Source: Spirochaetia bacterium (GTDB lineage Bacteria; Spirochaetota; Spirochaetia; DSM-2461). From it: a DNA stretch of 64,000 nucleotides. Position numbers and translations under genes: made by a program. The DNA lies in NCBI GenBank assembly GCA_963668315.1, contig OY764216.1:928001-992000 (forward strand). Reading direction: 5' to 3'. The notes beneath the pieces are model-generated. The model was not told the DNA's origin, made no database searches, and worked only from the letters and a program-made list of their open reading frames with translations. Numbering within the stretch: position 1 is the first letter of the stretch; each line of letters begins with the position of its first letter. Of the stretch, positions 44,044 through 51,744 are shown piece by piece.

Positions 44044-44265
44044 AAAGTCTCCCCTTGCTTTGAAATGTTAAAAATTCACATTAACATCAATTTACTTTTA
44101 TTTTTATTCAAACCGCGGAAGAATGCAAATCCCTTTGCTGTTTTTTACATGAATTACACAAAACCAATCTTAAGTTAGGCAAAACGTATAATGTTAGGGG
44201 ATGCTTGATTTCGCGGAGTCAACGGATTATCTTTAAGGTAGAATAGTTGAGTTAAGGAGAAGGTA

Positions 44266-44487
44266 ATGAATAAGTTTTCCATAGAAAATACGACGAGAGA
44301 AGAGAGGGAAAGGATCGTTCAGAGAGCATTAAGCTGCGGAGGCGACGGATGTGAGAACTGTTCCGGATGCGGTGTTTTCGGAGCGGGGGATCCCTATGAG
44401 ATGTACAGCCCCTATATTGAGGGAAAAATGGAGCTGGCCGAAATTAATATGGCTTTTAATGAGCGCTACTCCGTAAAAGGCCGATGA
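44266..44487 (+). CDS. Small Cys-rich hypothetical protein
   Basis: AAGGAG SD; TTREERERIV, CGGDGCENCSGC, YSPYIEGKMEL. Confidence 0.72.
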   Translation: MNKFSIENTTREERERIVQRALSCGGDGCENCSGCGVFGAGDPYEMYSPYIEGKMELAEINMAFNERYSVKGR

Positions 44488-44625
44488 GGAGTTTTCCGAC
44501 CGGCGTTCGGCACCCCGTGAGGGAAGCGGCCCTTTCAGAGGAGAAAAAGGAACCCGGCCCTTATTTATCAAGTTCACAGGAAAGGGTATAATGGATTTCT
44601 ATTCTTTTGAACTGGAGAAAATATT

Positions 44626-45534
44626 ATGAAATATACCGTATTGGGAACGGGAGCCGTGGGCGGCTACTACGGCGCTATGCTGCAGAAAGGCGGAGCGGAG
44701 ACGGATTTTCTGGCCCGCAGCGACTATCAACATATAAAGGAAAAGGGTCTGAGGATCGATTCGTGGAAGGGTGATTTTGTTCTGGATAAGGTCAATGTCT
44801 ATCCCAGCGCCGAGGATCTGCCCGAAACGGATGTGGTTCTTATTACCATGAAGACCACTTCGAATGCCATGCTGGAAGGGCTCCTTAAGCCGATCGTGCG
44901 GGAAGGGACGGTTATTTTCATTCTGCAGAACGGTCTGGGAATGGAAAAGGAGATCAGCGATATGTTTCCCCAGGCTGTCGTTCTGGGCGGCATGTGTTTT
45001 ATCTGTTCACAGAAGAGGGGAGACGGCCATATCGTTCACCTGGACAAGGGCTCCATCTCTGCGGCCCCCCTCGAAAGGAAAGATCTGTCCCTGCTCCAGG
45101 AGATTCAGAAGGATTTTACCGCTGCCGGAGTGGAAATGACCCTGATGGAGGATCTGGAAGCCGCCCGGTGGAACAAACTATTGTGGAATATTCCCTATAA
45201 CGGGCTTTCCGTTGTTCTGAATGCCGATACGAAGCAGATTATGGCAAGCGATAGCGGCCGGGCCCTGGCCAGAAAGCTGATGGAAGAGGTCGTGGCAGGC
45301 GCGGAAGCATGCGGATGTCCCCTGGCCGACGGCTCCGTTGAAAACATGCTTGATTTTACAGCTGTTATGGAGCCCTACGAACCCAGCATGAAACTTGATT
45401 ATGATAATCACAGAAAAATGGAGCTGGAGTATATGTACCGCCGTCCTCTGGCTGAGGCGAAACGGCACGGGGCGGAACTCCCTTCCATCGCCATGCTGAC
45501 CGATCAGCTGGCGTTCATGGAAGAGATACACTAG
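44626..45534 (+). CDS. panE: 2-dehydropantoate 2-reductase (ketopantoate reductase family)
   Basis: GTGAVGGYYG, LQNGLG, WNKLLWN, PSMKLD..MELE. Confidence 0.82.
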   Translation: MKYTVLGTGAVGGYYGAMLQKGGAETDFLARSDYQHIKEKGLRIDSWKGDFVLDKVNVYPSAEDLPETDVVLITMKTTSNAMLEGLLKPIVREGTVIFILQNGLGMEKEISDMFPQAVVLGGMCFICSQKRGDGHIVHLDKGSISAAPLERKDLSLLQEIQKDFTAAGVEMTLMEDLEAARWNKLLWNIPYNGLSVVLNADTKQIMASDSGRALARKLMEEVVAGAEACGCPLADGSVENMLDFTAVMEPYEPSMKLDYDNHRKMELEYMYRRPLAEAKRHGAELPSIAMLTDQLAFMEEIH

Positions 45535-45564
45535 ACAGGCCGGCCGGCTTCGGGCCGGTACCTG

Positions 45565-46044
45565 TCAGACCTTGCGGTTGATATAGTAGGAATAGTCCTT
45601 CAGCTGCGGTTCGTAATCGCTTTTAAAGAGGCTTGAGGAGATCATGAAATCCGCCGTGGACCTGTTGTTGGCGATGGGGACGTTGTAAAGAACCGCGATA
45701 CGGGTCAGGGCTTTTACGTCCACGTCGTGGGGCTGGGGTTCCATGGGATCCCAGAGAAAAATCATGATGTCTATGCCGCCCTCCGATACCAGAGCGCCCA
45801 GCTGCTGGTCTCCGCCCAGGGGACCGGATTTCATCTTCTTGATATGCAGGTCGGATTTGGTGAACTTGCCGTTACCATCGGCCTCAATTTTATTCAGGAT
45901 CGCTTCCTCCACCAGAGTACCGGTGGTTCCGGTGCAGAAAAGCTGGTGGGGAATGAGGGATTCCCAGTTGTATTCGACCCACTCGATAAGGTCTTTTTTT
46001 CTGTTATCATGTGCCACAAGGGCGATGTTTTTTTTCTTTTTCAT
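45565..46044 (-). CDS. mgsA: Methylglyoxal synthase
   Basis: ALVAHD, TGTTG, SGPLGGDQQ, PHDVDVKAL. Confidence 0.96.
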   Translation of the reverse strand: MKKKKNIALVAHDNRKKDLIEWVEYNWESLIPHQLFCTGTTGTLVEEAILNKIEADGNGKFTKSDLHIKKMKSGPLGGDQQLGALVSEGGIDIMIFLWDPMEPQPHDVDVKALTRIAVLYNVPIANNRSTADFMISSSLFKSDYEPQLKDYSYYINRKV

Positions 46045-46099
46045 AGGGGAAATATAGAGTATCGTTCCGTGTTAGGCAAGCAGAAAAGAGTTGACCCTC

Positions 46100-47098
46100 T
46101 TAAACGGGAATGTGATGGCCCGGGGATTGGAAGGCCCTGAGCATTGGTTCCAGATACCAGGCTTCCCAGTTCCGGTTCATGATATAGCCGCAGTGGCCTC
46201 CCCGGGGATGGTGAATGAAACGCACCTGGGAACTCATTTCCGACGAGGCGATGTGTGAGATGGGAATTATCGGATCATCCTCGGCCGTGAGGAGTGTCAG
46301 CGGAACGGTCACCGAATCGAGGTAACCCTGCTTCAGGTTGTATCTTCCGAAGTAATCTTCCAGGGAACTGAAGGATGTGTACTCTTCCAGGAGCCTTTCG
46401 GTCATGGGGATGCAGCCGTTGAGGGAGAGGAGGGAGTCGAAGCGGTAAATCTCGGGGAAGGTCCTCTGTTTGATGGCCAGGGATCTTTTCCATTTCTTGA
46501 GAAAGTATGTTCTTATCAGGCCTATCTCATCCACTCTGCGGGTCGATTCGAGGGGATCAAAGGGAGGATTGACGGCAAATATATGCTTCAGACCGGCGTA
46601 ATTCCCGTCGGAAGCTTTTTTCGCCACTCTGATGCAGAAATTCGCTCCCATGGAAAAACCGGCGAGGCAGGCGCTTCCGTCCGGGGAGAAGCGCCGGATA
46701 ATCTCCTTGACACCGGTGTAGGCCTCATCAATAAGGGTCCCCAGAAAAAATCCGCGGTTCAACCCGTGGCTGCTGCCGTGGTCCCTCATGTTCAGGCGGA
46801 ATACGCTGAATCCGTTGTCATAGAAAAAACGTCCCGTGCTGATCATATAGGCCGACTTATCGCTGCCCTCCCAGCCGTGGAAGAGAATGAGGAGAGGCGC
46901 CGTCCTGTCCTGATGTGCGGAGAGGAATCCCTGAAGATTCACCCCGTCTCCCCCGTCTATGATTTTCTCCCTGCTGTTGTTTTCAAAATCGCCGATTCCT
47001 TTGTTCCGGAATTTGGCGCTGTTCAATAGGGTCTGGGCCATGGCTCCTTTCAGATACCAGGGGGGATTGAAGTTCGTTTCGGGGGAATTGTCTGCCAT
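46100..47098 (-). CDS. YheT-like alpha/beta hydrolase
   Basis: HGWEGS, nucleophile GFSMG, AEDDP, GGHCG; ATG 47098 after GAAGGA. Confidence 0.85.
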   Translation of the reverse strand: MADNSPETNFNPPWYLKGAMAQTLLNSAKFRNKGIGDFENNSREKIIDGGDGVNLQGFLSAHQDRTAPLLILFHGWEGSDKSAYMISTGRFFYDNGFSVFRLNMRDHGSSHGLNRGFFLGTLIDEAYTGVKEIIRRFSPDGSACLAGFSMGANFCIRVAKKASDGNYAGLKHIFAVNPPFDPLESTRRVDEIGLIRTYFLKKWKRSLAIKQRTFPEIYRFDSLLSLNGCIPMTERLLEEYTSFSSLEDYFGRYNLKQGYLDSVTVPLTLLTAEDDPIIPISHIASSEMSSQVRFIHHPRGGHCGYIMNRNWEAWYLEPMLRAFQSPGHHIPV

Positions 47099-47218
47099 GG
47101 GTGTTCCTTCTGAAGTAACTAAGCTTACCCATAATATCATGTATTCAGGGGTCTGTCTTCTGTGCTGCCCCGTTTAAATTCCCCCGATCCTGATGTATGA
47201 TGGGAAGGGGGGACGTGT

Positions 47219-47701
47219 ATGACCTTATTGTATATAACGCTGGCTCTTTGCCTTGTTTCCTTTCTCGTCGACAGAGAGAAGACCCTGGCCGGAATAAAAA
47301 AGGGTTTGAAGAAGTTCCTGCGGGTTCTTCCTGTTTTTCTCATCATGATAATCGTAACATCCCTGGTCCTGACTCTGCTCCCCCGTGAGGTCATATCCCG
47401 TTATCTTTCGGGGGAAAACCGGTTTCTGGCCGCTCTGGCGGGGCTGGCGTGCGGGTCCGTGGCCCTTCTGCCCGGTTTTATCGCCTTTCCCCTGGGGGGA
47501 ATGCTCAGAGAGCAGGGCGTGCCCTATTTCGTTATCGCCGCGTTTACCTCCAGTCTGATGATGGTGGGGGTTCTGACTTTTCCCGTGGAAAAGACCTTTT
47601 TCGGAACCCGTTTCGCCCTGCTCAGGAATCTGGCCGGGGTTGTCATTGCGGCGGCGGTGGCCCTGGTCGCGGGATTGTTTTTCGGGGAGATTCTGCCGTG
47701 A
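47219..47701 (+). CDS. Predicted permease, half 1 (DUF318/ArsP-like, split)
   Basis: Hydrophobic 160 aa; PGFIAFPL, MVGVLTFPVE, FG.RFALLRN. Confidence 0.7.
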   Translation: MTLLYITLALCLVSFLVDREKTLAGIKKGLKKFLRVLPVFLIMIIVTSLVLTLLPREVISRYLSGENRFLAALAGLACGSVALLPGFIAFPLGGMLREQGVPYFVIAAFTSSLMMVGVLTFPVEKTFFGTRFALLRNLAGVVIAAAVALVAGLFFGEILP

Positions 47702-48204
47702 AAAAGAAAAATGCGGCCTCCTGGATTTTTCTGGCGGCTTTTGGTCTGTTTGCCCTTCTCTCTTTCCTCTTTGACTGGAACTGGGGAATGGAGGCGTCCC
47801 GGTCATTCGCCGGTAATTTCAAGCAGATGGCGGCGCTTCTTCCCTGCGCCTTTATTCTGATCGGGCTCTTCGAGGTATGGGTAAAGAGGGAGACTATTGA
47901 GAAGCATCTGGGCGAAGGGGCGGGCTGGAAAAGTTATCTGTGGGTGATTCTTCTGGGCGGCCTGACCCTGGGACCCATGCTGACGGCCCTGCCCGTGGCG
48001 TCGGCCCTGTGGAAGAAGGGGGCCGCCCTGAGCGTGGTCATTACCTATCTGGGAGCGGCGGCGGTGTGCCGGATTCCCATGACGATTTTCGAAGCATCTT
48101 TTCTGGGAATTCCCTTTACGGTGATCCGTTATGCCACGGCCCTCCCTCTGGTCGTGGTCAGTTCCCTGGTGCTGAGCCGTTATCTGAAGGGGCGTCTTCC
48201 CTGA
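47698..48204 (+). CDS. Predicted permease, half 2 (DUF318/ArsP-like, split)
   Basis: GTG overlaps the stop of the previous gene; ILIGLFEVWV, GP..ALPVA..L.KKGA, IPMTIFE..FLG. Confidence 0.7.
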   Translation: MKKKNAASWIFLAAFGLFALLSFLFDWNWGMEASRSFAGNFKQMAALLPCAFILIGLFEVWVKRETIEKHLGEGAGWKSYLWVILLGGLTLGPMLTALPVASALWKKGAALSVVITYLGAAAVCRIPMTIFEASFLGIPFTVIRYATALPLVVVSSLVLSRYLKGRLP

Positions 48205-48832
48205 GCTGTTTTCTCCAGGTTATCAGCCCCCGTACGGCCAGAATCAGAAGTATCACATAGAGAAGGGAGAGGAATTTCACTTCCTTGACCCAGTAAAGCC
48301 CTATGGCAATCACATCCACCACAATCCAGATCATCCAGTTTTCCGTCCGTTTGCGGGCCAGGAGGAACATGGCGGCGAAGCTGGAAATCGTTGTAAAGGC
48401 ATCCAGATAGGGAAAATCGGCGGCCAGGGGAAAAAGGGCGGGAAGGATGAGGTGAATCCGGGCCATGAGATAACCGCTCAGGGCCGATACGATAAGGATT
48501 CCCCCGAGCCAGCATAAATTGTTTCCCACGCTGCCCGCTTTAACGGTTATTTCCCTCTCTTCTCCCCGGTCACGCATCCAGTACCACCAGCCGTAGGCGC
48601 TGGCTCCCAGGTAGTAGATCTGCTCCAGGCAGTCCGAATAGAGCTGGATCTGATAAAAGAGCATCCCGTAGAGGATCACCGAAGCGATTCCCACGGGCCA
48701 GTTGAGCATTCTCTTCTGCGATATGAGCCACACCGACCAGAGGTAAAGAATCGTACCGACGAATTCGATATAGCTCATGGGGTACCCCATGAAGATGAAA
48801 AATATACTGTCTATGGAAAAGAAATTTACCAT
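48158..48832 (-). CDS. pnuC: Nicotinamide riboside transporter PnuC
   Basis: NWPVGI, LYSD..QIYY....YGWWYW, LDAFTT.S, ENW..WIVVD; adjacent to a NadR-like gene. Confidence 0.88.
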   Translation of the reverse strand: MVNFFSIDSIFFIFMGYPMSYIEFVGTILYLWSVWLISQKRMLNWPVGIASVILYGMLFYQIQLYSDCLEQIYYLGASAYGWWYWMRDRGEEREITVKAGSVGNNLCWLGGILIVSALSGYLMARIHLILPALFPLAADFPYLDAFTTISSFAAMFLLARKRTENWMIWIVVDVIAIGLYWVKEVKFLSLLYVILLILAVRGLITWRKQLREDAPSDNGSAPGN

Positions 48833-49821
48833 GTGTGATTCTCCTTGTAATGATTCAGTTCCCGGGCGACCCGATCCATCCTTTCGCTCAGACTGCCTTC
48901 CAGAAGGACATAGGGGATTTCTCTCCTGTCCAGATCCCGGCGAAAACTCCTTTGGAACAGGCTCCTATGGACTTCTCCGGAACGGTCCTCCGTATCGTCA
49001 TAGGGAATATCGTCGCCGCAGAGAAAATGAAGGTCGTACCGGTCCCGGCAGTCATCGGCCAGAAGCTCCAGTTCCTTTACAGCCGATCCGTGATAATCCA
49101 GGGCGAAATGATAAGTAGACAGGGCTCCCGTGTCAACAAAGAAGTAATCCCCCCCTATATAGGCCTCTTCTACTTCCTTTTTCCGGTGAATCCGGGCGAT
49201 TTCCAGGAGCTGTTCACCGGTCAGGCGGCGATTCCTCTGGTGCTTTTCCCAATATTCCCGGCCGTACTCGGCCATCCAGGGACAGGTGTAATGTTCAGCC
49301 AGAGTCCGGGCCAGGGTGGTCTTCCCCGTACTGGGGGCTCCGTGAAATACGGCCTTGATTATATGGTCAAAGTAAACCGGCGGGGGTAGGAATTCCCGAA
49401 AAGCCGGGGGATTCTCCCGTATCAAGGTTGCCGAAACGGGGATATGGATTCTCCGGGGATCCACCTGGCGGTTTCGGCACTTAAGGGCGCGGCTCATATG
49501 TTCCCCGTAGGGTTCGGAGGAGTAGAAGCTGTGAATGGGGACTCCCCCCAGAAGCTTGAGAACGTACTCCTCCTGGCATTTCATTATCTCCGGTGAGTAG
49601 CCCGTCTCCTCCGGTCCGTCCGGGGCCGTAATTACCTCGACCCGATGGGGGAAGCACTCCCCTATCCAGGCCGCCCTTTTATGAAGCGGTATAGACGTAA
49701 GTCTGCTTTGGTAAATTATCACCTTAACCAGGTCCATCTCCCTAAGGGCCGTTTCGATGACATAGGCATGGCCCCGATGGAAGGGAGCGTATTTACCCAG
49801 GCATAATCCGATTTTTCTCAT
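48826..49821 (-). CDS. nadR: NadR-type bifunctional NMN adenylyltransferase / ribosylnicotinamide kinase (no HTH)
   Basis: GKYAPFHRGH (HxGH), SSEPYG, PVSATLIR; P-loop GAPSTGKTT, EYGREYW, VDT, DIPY..DR. Confidence 0.85.
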   Translation of the reverse strand: MRKIGLCLGKYAPFHRGHAYVIETALREMDLVKVIIYQSRLTSIPLHKRAAWIGECFPHRVEVITAPDGPEETGYSPEIMKCQEEYVLKLLGGVPIHSFYSSEPYGEHMSRALKCRNRQVDPRRIHIPVSATLIRENPPAFREFLPPPVYFDHIIKAVFHGAPSTGKTTLARTLAEHYTCPWMAEYGREYWEKHQRNRRLTGEQLLEIARIHRKKEVEEAYIGGDYFFVDTGALSTYHFALDYHGSAVKELELLADDCRDRYDLHFLCGDDIPYDDTEDRSGEVHRSLFQRSFRRDLDRREIPYVLLEGSLSERMDRVARELNHYKENHTW

Positions 49822-51173
49822 AAACTGTCGGGGACCTCCGTTTGGAAGGTTATGATTTTCCTCTCCCCGTCCAGGCCGATGTTATCGCCCCTCTTCAGGG
49901 GAAGGTTTTGGGCACCGTACCCCTTGAGTACAATCGCGAGAGAGGAGAGAACTTCCTCTTCCTTTCCCGTGTTTGCGGGCAGTCCTACTTCCAGTGAGTA
50001 ATCTACCCGCTGCACTATTCTATAGGCAGGGAGGGCCAGGGGCGCCAGGGCTCGGGAAAAATCCACCGTATTGATCCATCCCCCTTGGGGCAGGGGAAAA
50101 CGTACCGGCTTACGGCCCTGGAAATCTGCCAGATATAACCTGTCCCCATCCCTTCGAATCCGGCAGAAATCTCCCGTTCGGTAGCGGATAAGGGGTAGGT
50201 AGGGATTATTGCCCCCGCTCAGGGCCAGCTCACCCCACTCTCCGTCGGGAAGGGAGCGGTCCTCCTTGGGATCGAGGATTTCCAGGAAAAGGTCGGGGCG
50301 CATGGATTGGGTCATCCCTTTTCTTGTCCAGGCGATGTTGCGGCACTCGGTCATGGAATAGACGTCAAACAGGGGGCACTGAAAGTGGGCTTCCAGCCTA
50401 TCGGCCAGTCCGGAAGAGAGGGTCATGGCACTGGAGATCATGGCTTGGGGCCTCAGGGGGATTTCCCTTTCCATCAGGGCGGCGAAGGCCAGGGGATCCC
50501 CGGTCAGCAGGGAGGGATTGAGTTCTGTCAAATACTTCCGGCAGTCCTGGGGATCTCTCCACTGGCCGGGATGGAGGTTGACCTTTATAAAACCGGCCCC
50601 GTCCAGATAGGACGAAACAGAGGCGTATGTCAGTGTTTCCAGCTGGCTGCAGATCAGGGCTATGGCGGTTTTCCCCGGGCCTCTTGCCAGGCTGATCCCT
50701 TCGGTTGAGAGCATTTTCTCTACCTGCGGCAGCCAGGAGGAGGCTTCTTCCGGGCCGAAAATCACATCCAGCGGGGCTCCCGTTGTACCGGAGGTGGCGT
50801 AGCAGAGGATATCATCGAGGGGGGCACTGTCTCTTACGAAATTCCAAGGCGCCCTTCGCAGGTCCTCCCGGCTAAAGGAGGGGGCCCGGAAGAAATCCGA
50901 CGGATAATCCCGGTAAGCGGGAACGTCGGAAAGGACATCTTTGTAGAACCCTTCTATGAAGTCTTCCGCAGCAAAATTCCCCCTTCCGTCCATATCTTTC
51001 CTGTAGACATTCAGGTTTTCCAGATGTTTCCCGGTCAGCCGGTCTCCCGACTTGAAATTGTAACGGGGAGAGTTGGGATGCTGGCGCAGAGCGTTAAGCC
51101 AATTTAGATTTTCAGCAGCGGGGAACCGTTCCTCATCGGTGAGAACCGGCATAATCTCTTTACTCTCTGCCAT
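49818..51173 (-). CDS. PaaK/CapK-like AMP-forming (ANL superfamily) ligase
   Basis: ATSGTTGAP (A3), DVYSMTE (A5), LIRYRTGD (A7), QGR (A8). Confidence 0.8.
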   Translation of the reverse strand: MAESKEIMPVLTDEERFPAAENLNWLNALRQHPNSPRYNFKSGDRLTGKHLENLNVYRKDMDGRGNFAAEDFIEGFYKDVLSDVPAYRDYPSDFFRAPSFSREDLRRAPWNFVRDSAPLDDILCYATSGTTGAPLDVIFGPEEASSWLPQVEKMLSTEGISLARGPGKTAIALICSQLETLTYASVSSYLDGAGFIKVNLHPGQWRDPQDCRKYLTELNPSLLTGDPLAFAALMEREIPLRPQAMISSAMTLSSGLADRLEAHFQCPLFDVYSMTECRNIAWTRKGMTQSMRPDLFLEILDPKEDRSLPDGEWGELALSGGNNPYLPLIRYRTGDFCRIRRDGDRLYLADFQGRKPVRFPLPQGGWINTVDFSRALAPLALPAYRIVQRVDYSLEVGLPANTGKEEEVLSSLAIVLKGYGAQNLPLKRGDNIGLDGERKIITFQTEVPDSL

Positions 51174-51744
51174 AGGTATTGGCCGCTTCCCGGGCTCTTT
51201 TTTCCCGCATCTTCCTTTTTATCTCCTCCGCCCGGCTGTGGGCCTGGCGGCTCTGCTCTTCCAGTTCGGCGCGATAGAGAGTATCCAGGGCCTTAAGCCT
51301 GTCTTCCCCTTCGCGGGGCGTTTCTCCCCGGGGGAACAGACCGCACCAGTGAAGGGCCAGGCGGCAAAGCTCTTCCCGGCGGGCCGGGTTTCCGATCATC
51401 TGGGGAGGAGAGACAAGGCGGACTAACCTGTCCATATGGTCGTACCCCCGGGAAAACCCCGGGCCCAGCTCTTCTCTTCCGTGAAACCAGGGGTGGGAGT
51501 AGAGGTAGGCCAGGACCTGCAGCCCCTGCCAGTGGCCGATCTCCCAGTTTTCCCAGCGTTTTTCCAGGCGGGATGCCAGTTCATCGGGTATTTCTACTTC
51601 CTGGAAAATAAAGAGGTCCTTTACTATCGCCAGGCTGTGAACTTTGGATAGGGAGTGGGAAGGGAAGGGGAGAGGGTTTTCCAGAAACAGTGCCGGGCAC
51701 TCGCTTAGGTAATTAAGCAACTCTTCAAGGGTCGGGCTGTTCAT
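51160..51744 (-). CDS. Hypothetical protein of the MoxR operon, helical with charged C-terminal coiled coil
   Basis: Overlaps both neighbours; RREELCRL...GET..EDRL..LD, REKRAREAA. Confidence 0.7.
   Translation of the reverse strand: MNSPTLEELLNYLSECPALFLENPLPFPSHSLSKVHSLAIVKDLFIFQEVEIPDELASRLEKRWENWEIGHWQGLQVLAYLYSHPWFHGREELGPGFSRGYDHMDRLVRLVSPPQMIGNPARREELCRLALHWCGLFPRGETPREGEDRLKALDTLYRAELEEQSRQAHSRAEEIKRKMREKRAREAANTYGRE

Noticed and set aside
44064..44082. Possible Rex or CRP site TGTTAAAAATTCACA
   Set aside because: Half-site spacing is one base short for either consensus
44488..44570. GC-rich structured-looking spacer (CCC-GTGA-GGG-AAGCGGC) resembling SRP RNA helix 8 or a SECIS after the TGA stop
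   Set aside because: Lacks the CAGG half of the SRP motif and a long enclosing helix; TGA readthrough would add only about ten residues with no redox motif
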